Below, piece after piece: positions 39,812 to 48,930 of a stretch of DNA of 64,000 nucleotides; positions within the stretch are counted from its first letter, which is position 1; each line of letters begins with the position of its first letter. Location: contig OY769902.1 of NCBI GenBank assembly GCA_963669175.1, positions 224,001 to 288,000 on the forward strand, written 5' to 3'. The notes below the pieces were generated by a model. That model saw only the letters and a list, made by a program, of their open reading frames with translations. It was not told where the DNA came from and searched no databases. Source of the stretch: a bacterium (GTDB lineage Bacteria; Electryoneota; Electryoneia; Electryoneales; Electryoneaceae). The translations under genes and the position numbers were made by a program.

Positions 39812-41290
39812 TTACTCCTGAGGTGCAGTACCATCCAGGTCTACACTGCTCATATCAATACCCAGCGCTTTGGCAATCCCTTCACCATACGCAGGGTCTG
39901 CTTTGTAACAATGGCGAATATGACGATGCTTGATTACGTCCGGTGCATCACCCATCGCACGAGCGGTGTTGCCGAACAACTGCTCCTGCTGTTCAGAGCT
40001 CATCATGCGGAACAGGTTACCAGGCTGGGTGAAGTAATCTTCATCATCGTTCCGGAAATTCCAATGATCCGCATCGCCGTTGATCTTGAGCGGCGGTTCA
40101 CGGTATTCCGGCTGTTCCGCCCACTGCCCTTCCATATTAGGCTCATAGGCGACTGTAGCGCCGTAATTACCATCAACACGCATCATACCGTCACGATGGT
40201 TACTATACACGGGCACCTTGGCGCGATTGACCGGAATCTGGTTGTGATTTACGCCCAGACGGTACCGATGGGCATCACCGTAGGAGAACAAACGCCCCTG
40301 CAGCATTTTGTCCGGGGAAAATCCTATGCCAGGAACGATATTGGCAGGATTAAAGGCTGATTGTTCAACTTCAGCGAAGTAGTTTTCCGGGTTGCGATTC
40401 AACTCAAGCACACCCACATCAATCAACGGGTAATCCTTGTGCGGCCAAACCTTGGTCAGATCAAAAGGATTAAACGGGAAGTGCTCCGCTTCCTCTTCCG
40501 GGATCACCTGGATCTTCATCTTCCAGCGTGGGAAATCACCTTTTTCAATGCTGCCAAACAGGTCACGCTGGTGACTTTCACGGCACTTGCCTACGACCGC
40601 TTCCGCTTCGGCGTCGGTCATGTTCTTGATGCCCTGATCAGTCTTCAGATGGAACTTGACCCAATACCTCTTGTTGTCGGCGCTGATCAGGCTGAACGTG
40701 TGGCTGCCGTAGCCGTTCATATGACGATAAGACAACGGGATACCACGATCGCTCATGGTAATCGTGATCTGATGCAACGCTTCCGGCAACGAAGTCCAGA
40801 AATCCCAGTTGTTTTTTGCACTGCGGAGATTGGTCTTCGGATCACGTTTGACTGCACGGTTCAGATCCGGGAACTTCAGAGGATCACGCAGGAAAAAGAC
40901 CGGCGTGTTGTTGCCCACCAGGTCCCAGTTCCCCTGGTCCGTGTAGAACTTGATGGCAAAGCCACGGATATCGCGTTCAGCGTCCGCAGCGCCACGTTCT
41001 CCGGCAACTGTTGAAAAGCGGACAAAGACGTCCGTTTTTTTGCCAACCTGTGAAAATACACTGGCTCGCGTGTATTTGGTGATGTCATGTGTGATGGTGA
41101 AAGTGCCGTATGCACCAGAGCCCTTCGCGTGCATGCGACGTTCCGGGATCACTTCCCGGTCAAAATGCGCCAACTTCTCCAGGTACCACACATCCTGCAG
41201 TAACATCGGACCACGCGGCCCCGCCGAAAGCACATTCTGGTTGTCGGCGACAGGCGCGCCAACACTGTTGGTCTGCTTCTTTTTACTCAT
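39812..41290 (-). CDS. katA: Monofunctional heme catalase
   Basis: [51 protein letters not shown]. Confidence 0.96.
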   Translation of the reverse strand: MSKKKQTNSVGAPVADNQNVLSAGPRGPMLLQDVWYLEKLAHFDREVIPERRMHAKGSGAYGTFTITHDITKYTRASVFSQVGKKTDVFVRFSTVAGERGAADAERDIRGFAIKFYTDQGNWDLVGNNTPVFFLRDPLKFPDLNRAVKRDPKTNLRSAKNNWDFWTSLPEALHQITITMSDRGIPLSYRHMNGYGSHTFSLISADNKRYWVKFHLKTDQGIKNMTDAEAEAVVGKCRESHQRDLFGSIEKGDFPRWKMKIQVIPEEEAEHFPFNPFDLTKVWPHKDYPLIDVGVLELNRNPENYFAEVEQSAFNPANIVPGIGFSPDKMLQGRLFSYGDAHRYRLGVNHNQIPVNRAKVPVYSNHRDGMMRVDGNYGATVAYEPNMEGQWAEQPEYREPPLKINGDADHWNFRNDDEDYFTQPGNLFRMMSSEQQEQLFGNTARAMGDAPDVIKHRHIRHCYKADPAYGEGIAKALGIDMSSVDLDGTAPQE

Positions 41291-41305
41291 CCCTCTACTC
41301 CCCTG

Positions 41306-41785
41306 CTACTTGGTGATGTTGCTCTTTTTAGTTCCCGCTTTTTTCGCACATTTATGACAAACTCCACGGACTTCAACGAGAGTTGACTCGATCTTGCCCA
41401 ACTCATCAACTGAATCCGGAAGATGCAGATTGTTCAATGTTTCACTGATAAAATCGTAGGTATGGCCACATTGAGTGCAGACAAAATGATGATGCTGATC
41501 CAGGTTGGCATCGAAACGCGAACGCTCACGTGACGCGCCGAGGGTCTTGATCAATCCCAGGTCATTCAGAGTCCACAGGGTGCGATACACGGTATCCAGC
41601 GAGATGGTCGGAATACGTTTGCGAACCCCGTGAAATACCGTCTCGGCATCCGGATGATCCTCAGTACCAGCAACCTCACGAAACACTTCCATCCGCTGGT
41701 ATGTGAGCTTAACCCCGGACTCACGACAAACCTCCTCAAATCGCTTCATCCGCTGATCTACAATCTTTTTTCTGAGCTGCACCAT
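41306..41785 (-). CDS. perR: Fur-family peroxide regulator PerR
   Basis: TYQR, HPDAE, ISLDTVYRTL, HHHFVCTQCG, GVCHKC; heads the catalase-peroxiredoxin run. Confidence 0.85.
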   Translation of the reverse strand: MVQLRKKIVDQRMKRFEEVCRESGVKLTYQRMEVFREVAGTEDHPDAETVFHGVRKRIPTISLDTVYRTLWTLNDLGLIKTLGASRERSRFDANLDQHHHFVCTQCGHTYDFISETLNNLHLPDSVDELGKIESTLVEVRGVCHKCAKKAGTKKSNITK

Positions 41786-41795
41786 TTGCCCCCCG

Positions 41796-41831
41796 AATAA
41801 GAATAATTCTTGAATAGGAATCAATAGTATT
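41796..41831 (-). promoter_or_regulatory. Candidate Per/Fur boxes upstream of perR
   Basis: AT-rich palindrome aagaat-a-attctt and adjacent aataggaatcaatagtatt, just upstream of the RBS; TTGACA on the minus strand at 41842-41847. Confidence 0.5.
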
Positions 41832-42365
41832 AAACTCTATTTGTCAAGCTTAACTTTTCCTTGCTATCCTCCTCCGGAGTCATGGATCGAGCCCGATCCA
41901 TCGTGATATAGTTACCGGATAGCACATATCTTCAATAAGGCTATCGTTCCTGTTGGCATGTTGGGCCCGTTGAAAAACAGTTTCGACATATGCAAATTGA
42001 CTGGGGAAATTCTGTCTTTTTTGGGTGGCAATCCTCGCTTTATGCAAGGGCTACGATCTATCCATGGAAAACAAGAATCAATCACAGGTACACGACAGAA
42101 ACGCCGATGGAAATTCTTACCACGACAACTTCGGCCCATTTTAGAAAAGATTGCTTAACAAATATTATCAACAACTCTTCATATATGCACAAAGAGCAAC
42201 TCTATTTTTGAAATTCGCTTTTTTTTGTTCTTGATTTCATATATATTGAATACGTTTTCAGAAGGCATGTTCTCACTATACACTCCAAGCACCCGTAACC
42301 ATGCGATATTTACAGGATAAACCATCGGATTTTGGATATCCATCTTTTCAGGGAAAGGGAAATAC

Positions 42366-43604
42366 ATGAAAAGAGCGTTCCTGTTGTTGTTTGCGTTGGT
42401 AGTTCTTCCTGGTATTCTTCTAGCCGAGATTCCTTTAACAGACCAGGTTTCGATTGATGGAACCATACGCTACCGTTCGGAAATTGACGGTAAGGATTTC
42501 AATGCTGACACAGGCATGAACGAGTTCGGCACCCTGCGCACCCAGATTGGTATCCGTATTGTTCCCAACGACATGCTTTTCCTCTATGCAAAGTTCAAGG
42601 AAGCCAGATCATGGGGCAACCAGGGCGTAAACAAGGCGGCCACGACAAATTTTTACGCTGAGCAGGCCTACCTTGAGACGAATGGACTGGCTGGTTCTGA
42701 CCTGCATTTACGTGTTGGACGCTATCCCCTGGCGTTTGGCCGCAGCAGAATCATCGGTTCAGCGAACTTTAATGTTTACGGGCCTCGCACCTATGACGCC
42801 ATCGGTATCCTGTCCGGTGGTGAAGGGCTCAAGTGGGAATTCCACTATTCGAAATCTTCTCCAAACACAGATCCGGGCGAGAACGGCGATCGCGACCTGC
42901 ACCTGTTCCTTTCACGTGTGCAATTGATGGACGGCATGCTGGAACCCTTGTTCTGGGTGTATTATGATCCTCGTGTACTTGATCCTGGATATGTTGGTGG
43001 CACATATGAAAAGGCTGATCTGTGGTTGACTCCGGGCGTATACTTCAACAAGAAATTTGGCGCCATTGCCCTTAAAGCCGACCTGGCTGGACAATTTGGT
43101 ACGTACCATGACCGCGACCTGTCCGGTTATTTATTGGCCGCCGATGCGTTCTATTCCATTGATCATTCAATTCGTCCGACTATTGGTGTTGGTCTTGATT
43201 ACACAACCGGAACCTCTGCGGATGACATTGCAGAAAAAAAGGATCACACGATCCGTATCCCCTACATGTCACGCCATACCTATCGTGGCTTCATGGACTT
43301 CTTCAAGGACGTCGATGAGGGGATGATGTCGCTGTTGCTGCACTTTGAGTGCTACCCGATGGCGAAGCTTCGTATGAATGTGGATGTCCACAACTTTGCC
43401 TATGTTGTGGAGCAAACGTCCGTCAAGGATGCGACCAAGGATTACACTCAGATGGGTCAGGAAGTGGATATCCGTTTCCGCTTCCCTGTTGTTGATGGAC
43501 TTGGTATTGATGCGGCGCACTGCATTTTCATGCCCTCGGAAGATTACAAACTGGATGCGGACATGGCGCATTATACCTATATCGCACTGACAGCAAAGTT
43601 CTGA
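42366..43604 (+). CDS. Outer-membrane beta-barrel, alginate-export-like family
   Basis: Signal peptide; IRYRSE, EQAYL, LRVGR, YDAI, GQEVD motifs; terminal Phe (ALTAKF). Confidence 0.7.
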   Translation: MKRAFLLLFALVVLPGILLAEIPLTDQVSIDGTIRYRSEIDGKDFNADTGMNEFGTLRTQIGIRIVPNDMLFLYAKFKEARSWGNQGVNKAATTNFYAEQAYLETNGLAGSDLHLRVGRYPLAFGRSRIIGSANFNVYGPRTYDAIGILSGGEGLKWEFHYSKSSPNTDPGENGDRDLHLFLSRVQLMDGMLEPLFWVYYDPRVLDPGYVGGTYEKADLWLTPGVYFNKKFGAIALKADLAGQFGTYHDRDLSGYLLAADAFYSIDHSIRPTIGVGLDYTTGTSADDIAEKKDHTIRIPYMSRHTYRGFMDFFKDVDEGMMSLLLHFECYPMAKLRMNVDVHNFAYVVEQTSVKDATKDYTQMGQEVDIRFRFPVVDGLGIDAAHCIFMPSEDYKLDADMAHYTYIALTAKF

Positions 43605-43628
43605 TCCGAAGATTGGTTGGATTATTCT

Positions 43629-43661
43629 ACCCCCTGTGTCTTTGTGATGCAGGGGGTTTTT
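43629..43661 (+). terminator. Rho-independent terminator
   Basis: ACCCCCTGT...GCAGGGGGT followed by TTTT. Confidence 0.65.
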
Positions 43662-43880
43662 ACGGATGTTCAGTTTTCAAGGTTACACATGACAAGTGAA
43701 TGGGTAATTGCTACCAGTCGTAATGACAGGAAAAGGTGCCTGGTTGTTGTGCGATCCCTTCAGGATCGAAAGGGGTGGTGGAATCTTGTGTTCCCGGCGC
43801 TGACGAGCCGCGCTATTCAAGTGTCACCTCTTCGAGGTGGCTTGCTCCAAAACGTGAGTCGATACCGAATACAAAACCAT

Positions 43881-44276
43881 CTACTTCACAACGGAATGTT
43901 TCACAATGGACTACTTCATAACGGACTGCTTCACATTAGACTATAGCTGTTCTCGATTTTATTCCGACATAATAAAGATTGCCGGGAAAAGGGGACGGGA
44001 TCCTTTTCCTCGCGCGCATATGAAACACTCTCGCCGAACTTGTGGAAAAGGAAACTGTACCCTTTTCCGTGTACGTCCTGCCTGCTCTCAAGAAAAAGGG
44101 TACAGCCACCTTTCCCGGTCCTTGCTCATAGCGGGAAGGCTTTGCCCCAGGGAAAGGAAACTGTCCCCTTTTTCCATATCCTTATCCTTTATTCCAACCA
44201 TATGGTTGACCTTTCACTGATCTGGCACATGACCACATGACGGAATAATAATGGGAATCGCTATACTTCACATTAG
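43881..44276. repeat. 15-bp minisatellite whose fifth unit is split by the R1 MITE
   Basis: ctacttcacaacgga / atgtttcacaatgga / ctacttcataacgga / ctgcttcacattaga / cTA[MITE]TActtcacattag. Confidence 0.8.
43944..44263 (+). mobile_element. R1 MITE, 320 bp, TA target duplication (IS630/Tc1-mariner-like)
   Basis: Left end TAGCTGTTCTCGATTTTATTCCGACAT; right end (reverse complement) TAGCGATTCCCATTATTATTCCGTCAT; TA on both sides; four internal AAAAGG..CCTTTT palindromes. Confidence 0.88.
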
Positions 44277-44342
44277 CCCGGACTTTCATATGTAATCCTT
44301 GATGGAAATGCCAAAACAAGAATTCTTGATGGGAAGGGTAGG

Positions 44343-44595
44343 AGAAGAACCACGGCAGTGGTTCTCTGTATTAGCCCACCGTCCAGCGCCGTCTGTTTGG
44401 CGCTCACGGTGGGAATAGGATGAACACTACTTGCCAACCCCGGCAGCGGGTTGCCTAAATATTACCACTGTATACTTATGATATATATTAGGTTACTCCT
44501 TCCGGAGTAAATATATGGTGCGCATTATCTCCCCGGGTAGCCGCCACACTGACGGCGGCAACCCGGGGCTAATACAGGTTGCCCCTGCCGGGGCG
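44343..44595. repeat. Cluster of REP-like hairpins
   Basis: cccaccgt..agcgcc-gtctgtt-tggcgct..acggtggg; caaccc..gggttg; tactcc-tcc-ggagta-like; ccccgggt.gccgcc..ggcggc.acccgggg; gcccc..ggggc. Layout resembles the interior of 47929-48323. Confidence 0.6.
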
Positions 44596-44867
44596 GTTGC
44601 CGATACTCACCCTCATTTTACCAGCGAAACAGGGAATAGACAAGAAAAGGGATACCGGCGCAAACTGTACCCTGAAAAATGCTGTATGAATCAGTTGTAA
44701 TGTGTTGATATGAACTGTGTTAAGATGATCATCCATGTTTCATTCATGAAATATTCGGGTTAGACTGCCCCACATTAGACTGCTCCTGTTTGCTTGCCAA
44801 ACAGGGGTAAATAGTAAACAACAAATGGTGTTGTATTGTTATTCGGACACTTACGAACCACACCACC

Positions 44868-44904
44868 AAAAAACTGTCCCTTTACCAAGCTGGTAAAGGG
44901 ACAG
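44868..44904 (-). terminator. Rho-independent terminator of the MCP gene
   Basis: CTGTCCCTTTACCA-agc-TGGTAAAGGGACAG with an A6 run on the left side. Confidence 0.8.
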
Positions 44905-44962
44905 CAGATAATGTTGGATTAACAATCACCATGGTGACCTGTAGGATCACCACAATCATTCT

Positions 44963-47350
44963 TTAGAAGGAAGCGAAATCATCATCGTCCAGATTGATGA
45001 CATCTTCCGGTTTTACCTGAACATTGGCATTGGGCGCTGATTCCAACTGCCTTCGCGCCGGTGCAGCCTTCTTCTGTTTTGGCGCTTCCAGCCTGCGTTG
45101 TCCTCCACCAGCTCTGTCGTTCGTGAGCTTAAACTGCCGAATAACTTCGTTCAGGTGCTGTGCCTGGCTGGAAAGCTCTTCCGAAGCAGCGGCAGATTCC
45201 TCAGCGTTTGAGGTGTTCGCCTGGGTAACCTGTTCGATCTGGGTCAGGGACTGGTTAATCTGACCGACGCCTTGAGCCTGGTCACGGCTGGCATCTGCGA
45301 TCTCCTTGGCCAGGTCGGATACCTTGGCGATGCCATCAACGATTTCGGACAGGGCAGTATCTGTCTGACTGGCGATCTCGCTACCCGTATTGACACTCGA
45401 CAGGTTGCTTTCGATCATGACAGTGGTCTCTTTGGCGGCAACAGCAGAGCGTTGTGCCAGGTTCCGTACTTCCTCGGCGACCACGGCAAAGCCCTTGCCA
45501 TGCACACCGGCACGAGCCGCTTCTACCGCAGCATTCAGGGCCAGCAGGTTGGTCTGGAAAGCGATCTCGTCGATCACCTTGATAATCTTTTTGACTTCGT
45601 TGGACTTGGACGTAATCTCATCCATGGCGGAAAGCATTTCTTTCATGCGTTCCGTACCAACCTTGGCGGCATCGCGAGCATTCGATGTAATGTTAAATGC
45701 TTCCGTGGCGCTATCCGCATTATGATCCGACTGGCTGGCTACTTCTGTCATGGCGGAGCTGATTTCTTCCAGGCTGGAGGCCTGTTCGGTAGCGCCCTGG
45801 CTCAAAGACTGGCTTGCTCCGGCAACCTGTTCGGCGCCACTGTGAACCTGTTCAACCGAATTACGAACCTGTACCAGGGTATAATTCAGTGATTCTACAG
45901 TACTGTTAAGGGACTTTTTGATTTTCGCATGATCGCCTTTGAAGTCACCCTCCATCTTCTTGCGAAGATCACCCTCTGCCATCGAACTGAGCACTTCCGC
46001 CGCTTCGTTAACCGGTTTGATCACGGCATCCAGTATTGAGTTGATTCCACTGATAATTTCAGCAAATTCACCATGATGACGCTCTGCTTCGGCACGCTTG
46101 TTCAATTCACCGTTCAACGCCGACTGAATCAATCCCTTGATATCCTCTGTCACCCTGAGCAGATTGTCACGAAGCTTGTCCATGATCTCGTTGGCAATAA
46201 TCTGCTTGCCGGGCATCTTCTTCAGTTTTTCAGAGAAATCACCGTCGGCGTATTTTCCAACCAAACCCAGGAATAATAAGATGCTGTCAATATGCAACTT
46301 GACCGCCATATTATACCCATCTGTGACCTGTGCAAAAGCGCCTTCAAACTTATTTGTATCAATGAAGTACTCAATGTCACCGGCCTTTTGATTCTCGTAC
46401 ATCTTCTGCATGGCGTTGATCACATCGTCCAATGTTTCCTTCATGGACGCCATGCTCTTGCCAAGTGAATCCTGTTGTGACGCCAGTGACACATCCACAC
46501 TCAGGTTCCCTTTGGCAATCTCGTTTGCAATCTGGGTCTTCTTCGCAAGGTACTCTACCATGTTACTGAATGCGGCAACGGTCTCACCCAATTCGTCCGA
46601 TCTTCGCTTCATGGATTCAAACTTGGCGTATTTGTCGGCATCAACATCTATTTCACCAACGGAGAAGAGCTTAGCTCCCTCGGTAATGAGACGAATCGGT
46701 CCAACTATGTTGTTCGTGAGCAAAAGGGAAGCGATGATTGTACCAAGGACACCAATAATGATCAGAACAATGATCAATGCGCTCGATTTACCATAAGCGG
46801 AGTTTGCTTCTTTTTGTGCTTCATGAGCATAATTCAGGCTGATTTCTGTCAGGCCATCGAGCACATCACGCATCTGTTCGAAAGCAGCCTTCCCCTGGTT
46901 CATGGAAAGGGCCAGCAATTCCGCACGTTTGGCGTCATCAGCAGTAGCAAGCTCAGTTGTGATCTTTCTCGTAATAGGTAACCAGGTTTGCCGTGCGCGG
47001 TCATAATCATCGAAGAAGGCTTCTTCTTCAGGAGTGTCTGCCAGTTTCTTGTAGCTTTGCCAACGTGTCTCAGATTGTTCCAGGTTTTCCTGGTGTTCAG
47101 ACAGGAAATCTCTGAAAGCCTGTGTGTTGGGTTCCATCAGGAGTAGCGATCGTTCTGCGACCAGGAGTTGCTGTAAATCTCGATCCGCTTCAATCAGGAA
47201 ATCCATCGCAGGCAAACGAACTTCGCCTACTTCTTCCAGTCGGTTGTGGAATATCCTCATCCCCGAATATCCCGACACTCCCACCAGAACCAGAAGCAGA
47301 AGCAGAACACCGAAGACCATCATCAGCTTGGAACGAATACTCAATCGCAT
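44963..47350 (-). CDS. Methyl-accepting chemotaxis protein (4HB sensor, poly-HAMP)
   Basis: Two TM helices; [43 protein letters not shown]; C-terminal DDDDFASF pentapeptide-like tail. Confidence 0.95.
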   Translation of the reverse strand: MRLSIRSKLMMVFGVLLLLLVLVGVSGYSGMRIFHNRLEEVGEVRLPAMDFLIEADRDLQQLLVAERSLLLMEPNTQAFRDFLSEHQENLEQSETRWQSYKKLADTPEEEAFFDDYDRARQTWLPITRKITTELATADDAKRAELLALSMNQGKAAFEQMRDVLDGLTEISLNYAHEAQKEANSAYGKSSALIIVLIIIGVLGTIIASLLLTNNIVGPIRLITEGAKLFSVGEIDVDADKYAKFESMKRRSDELGETVAAFSNMVEYLAKKTQIANEIAKGNLSVDVSLASQQDSLGKSMASMKETLDDVINAMQKMYENQKAGDIEYFIDTNKFEGAFAQVTDGYNMAVKLHIDSILLFLGLVGKYADGDFSEKLKKMPGKQIIANEIMDKLRDNLLRVTEDIKGLIQSALNGELNKRAEAERHHGEFAEIISGINSILDAVIKPVNEAAEVLSSMAEGDLRKKMEGDFKGDHAKIKKSLNSTVESLNYTLVQVRNSVEQVHSGAEQVAGASQSLSQGATEQASSLEEISSAMTEVASQSDHNADSATEAFNITSNARDAAKVGTERMKEMLSAMDEITSKSNEVKKIIKVIDEIAFQTNLLALNAAVEAARAGVHGKGFAVVAEEVRNLAQRSAVAAKETTVMIESNLSSVNTGSEIASQTDTALSEIVDGIAKVSDLAKEIADASRDQAQGVGQINQSLTQIEQVTQANTSNAEESAAASEELSSQAQHLNEVIRQFKLTNDRAGGGQRRLEAPKQKKAAPARRQLESAPNANVQVKPEDVINLDDDDFASF

Positions 47351-47754
47351 AAGCTTGCCCCACCTTTCTACGTGTTATCAGAACTTTGCCTCTGTGTCCA
47401 CAGCAAAACCACCTTGATTCGCATGGCGTCTACCGATTCAGAAAACAGCGCCTGGTTATTACAAAGGGGAGTGTATTGATGTATTTATAAGGGAAATCAG
47501 AAGCTGATACAGGTGTAATATCTATCAGCACTGGCAGGATATTCCAGCATACTTCGAGGTGGTATCTAAGAATTTGGTATTTCAACCAAAACAATATATA
47601 AAATATTACAAGAAAGGTACACCCTGTCAGTATAATTTCTTCGCAGTGGAGACAATCATTCTCATCATATATCAACGGCTACATAAAACCGACATAAAAT
47701 CTGATTTGCAAATTTATAGGTGTCCCCGAAGGTTTTCTGCTGAATCGATAGTTA

Positions 47755-48366
47755 TCAGCCTGCTTCAGCAGGCTCTTTTTAGCACCTGGCTTCAGCCGGG
47801 GTGTTCGTGGTGTTAAAGAAGTGGTGAGCGCCCTTCAGGGTGCTTTCCGGAATCAGGATTTATACCCGACAAGCACGCTAAAGCGCGCTCAGGATGTTTA
47901 TTGGCATCTTTTCACCCCGGCTTCAGCCCTGTCTCTTACTAACATCTTCGTGTTTCTGCCACCCCGTGGGGGTGGGATATTTTAGCGTAGGGTAGGCGCT
48001 GTCTGTTTAGCGCCTACCCTACGAAAAAGATCAAACCTCATATCAACCCTGAAAGGGTTGCATAAAGTATAATTGATACCCAATTGATTTATAAAGGATA
48101 TAAATTACATTATTACCTGCAATAATTGAATAAACTAATATTGACTGCTCATTATGCAACCCTTCCAGGGTTGATTGTTCGTTAGAAATCCTGACATAGT
48201 GTACAGGCCAAACAGACGGCCTGTACACTATGCTAAAATAGGGAATCCCGCCGGGATTCTAAAAATGCGATGTCCACAATCCTTTTGCTGATAAAGCTTT
48301 CAGAGGATGTGGGTAAGAGACAGGGCTGAAGCCGGGTGCTAAGAAGAGCAGGCTAAAGCCTGCTAA
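47755..48366. repeat. Six-hairpin element R2, copy 3, interrupted by a 395-bp insertion
   Basis: Outer hairpins as in copy 1; central pair inverted; the fifth hairpin is split at 47928/48324. Confidence 0.8.
47929..48323. mobile_element. Non-autonomous element with IS50/Tn5-like 19-bp ends
   Basis: Left CTGTCTCTTACTAACATCT; right (reverse complement) CTGTCTCTTACCCACATCC; flanks GGCTTCAGCC / GGCTGAAGCC. Confidence 0.75.
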
Positions 48367-48525
48367 AACAACTCGGGCTTGTTTTTTATTGCAAAATTTT
48401 CCACTTCTATATCGATGAAGCGCCTTTTCAAGACTGGTTGTGTCGATGCCAGGTTTGTGATGCGGCTTGTTGTCCGTTTTTTTAGAGTCAAGGGTGTACT
48501 GCTGTACCGCTGGTGTGCCGTTTTA

Positions 48526-48732
48526 TAGCTGTTCGCGATTTTATTCCGTCATAACAGAGATTGCCGGGAAAAGGGGACGGGATCCTTTTCCTCGCATTAT
48601 AAACTGAACTCTATCGCTTCGCTTTTGGAAAAGGAAACTGTCCCCTTTTCCCATCTCTTTTTCCAACTATATAGTTGATCTTTCGCCGATATAGAACCTG
48701 ACCATGTGACGGATTAGTAATGGGAATCGCTA
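48526..48732 (+). mobile_element. R1 MITE, short 207-bp variant
   Basis: TA|tagctgttcgcgattttattccgtcat ... gtgacggattagtaatgggaatcgcta|TA, with two internal palindromes. Confidence 0.8.
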
Positions 48733-48834
48733 TATTATTTACCACAACTTTCACTCGCCATTCATCCCCAGCGATCACCTCAGTATTTCTCCTGCTTGGA
48801 TGCGACAATACTTTCGATACTCATTATATTTGAA

Positions 48835-48885
48835 CCAAAAGGCAGCCCCCAGGTCGTGGTTGGTGGCGGCTGGACCTGGGGGCTG
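48835..48885 (-). terminator. Probable terminator of the TonB receptor gene
   Basis: CAGCCCCCAGGTC...GACCTGGGGGCTG 13-bp stem with an A run to the left. Confidence 0.6.
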
Positions 48886-48930
48886 ACGCGGCTTGTGGGA
48901 GATCCACAAGGAGGTTTGTACTATGAGATG

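Noticed and set aside
43881-43943. Mini-CRISPR or LLHNG pentapeptide-repeat gene
   Set aside because: Contiguous 15-bp units without spacers; the ORF around it is assembled from terminator and REP sequence
47351-47750. c-di-GMP riboswitch upstream of the MCP
   Set aside because: No GGCAAAC...GACGCAAAGC core found
47929-48323. Nextera/Tn5 adapter contamination as the explanation for the mosaic-end-like termini
   Set aside because: Both ends differ from the adapter at 3 of 19 positions in different ways, face inward as a pair, and lack adapter tails; read-level confirmation is still advisable
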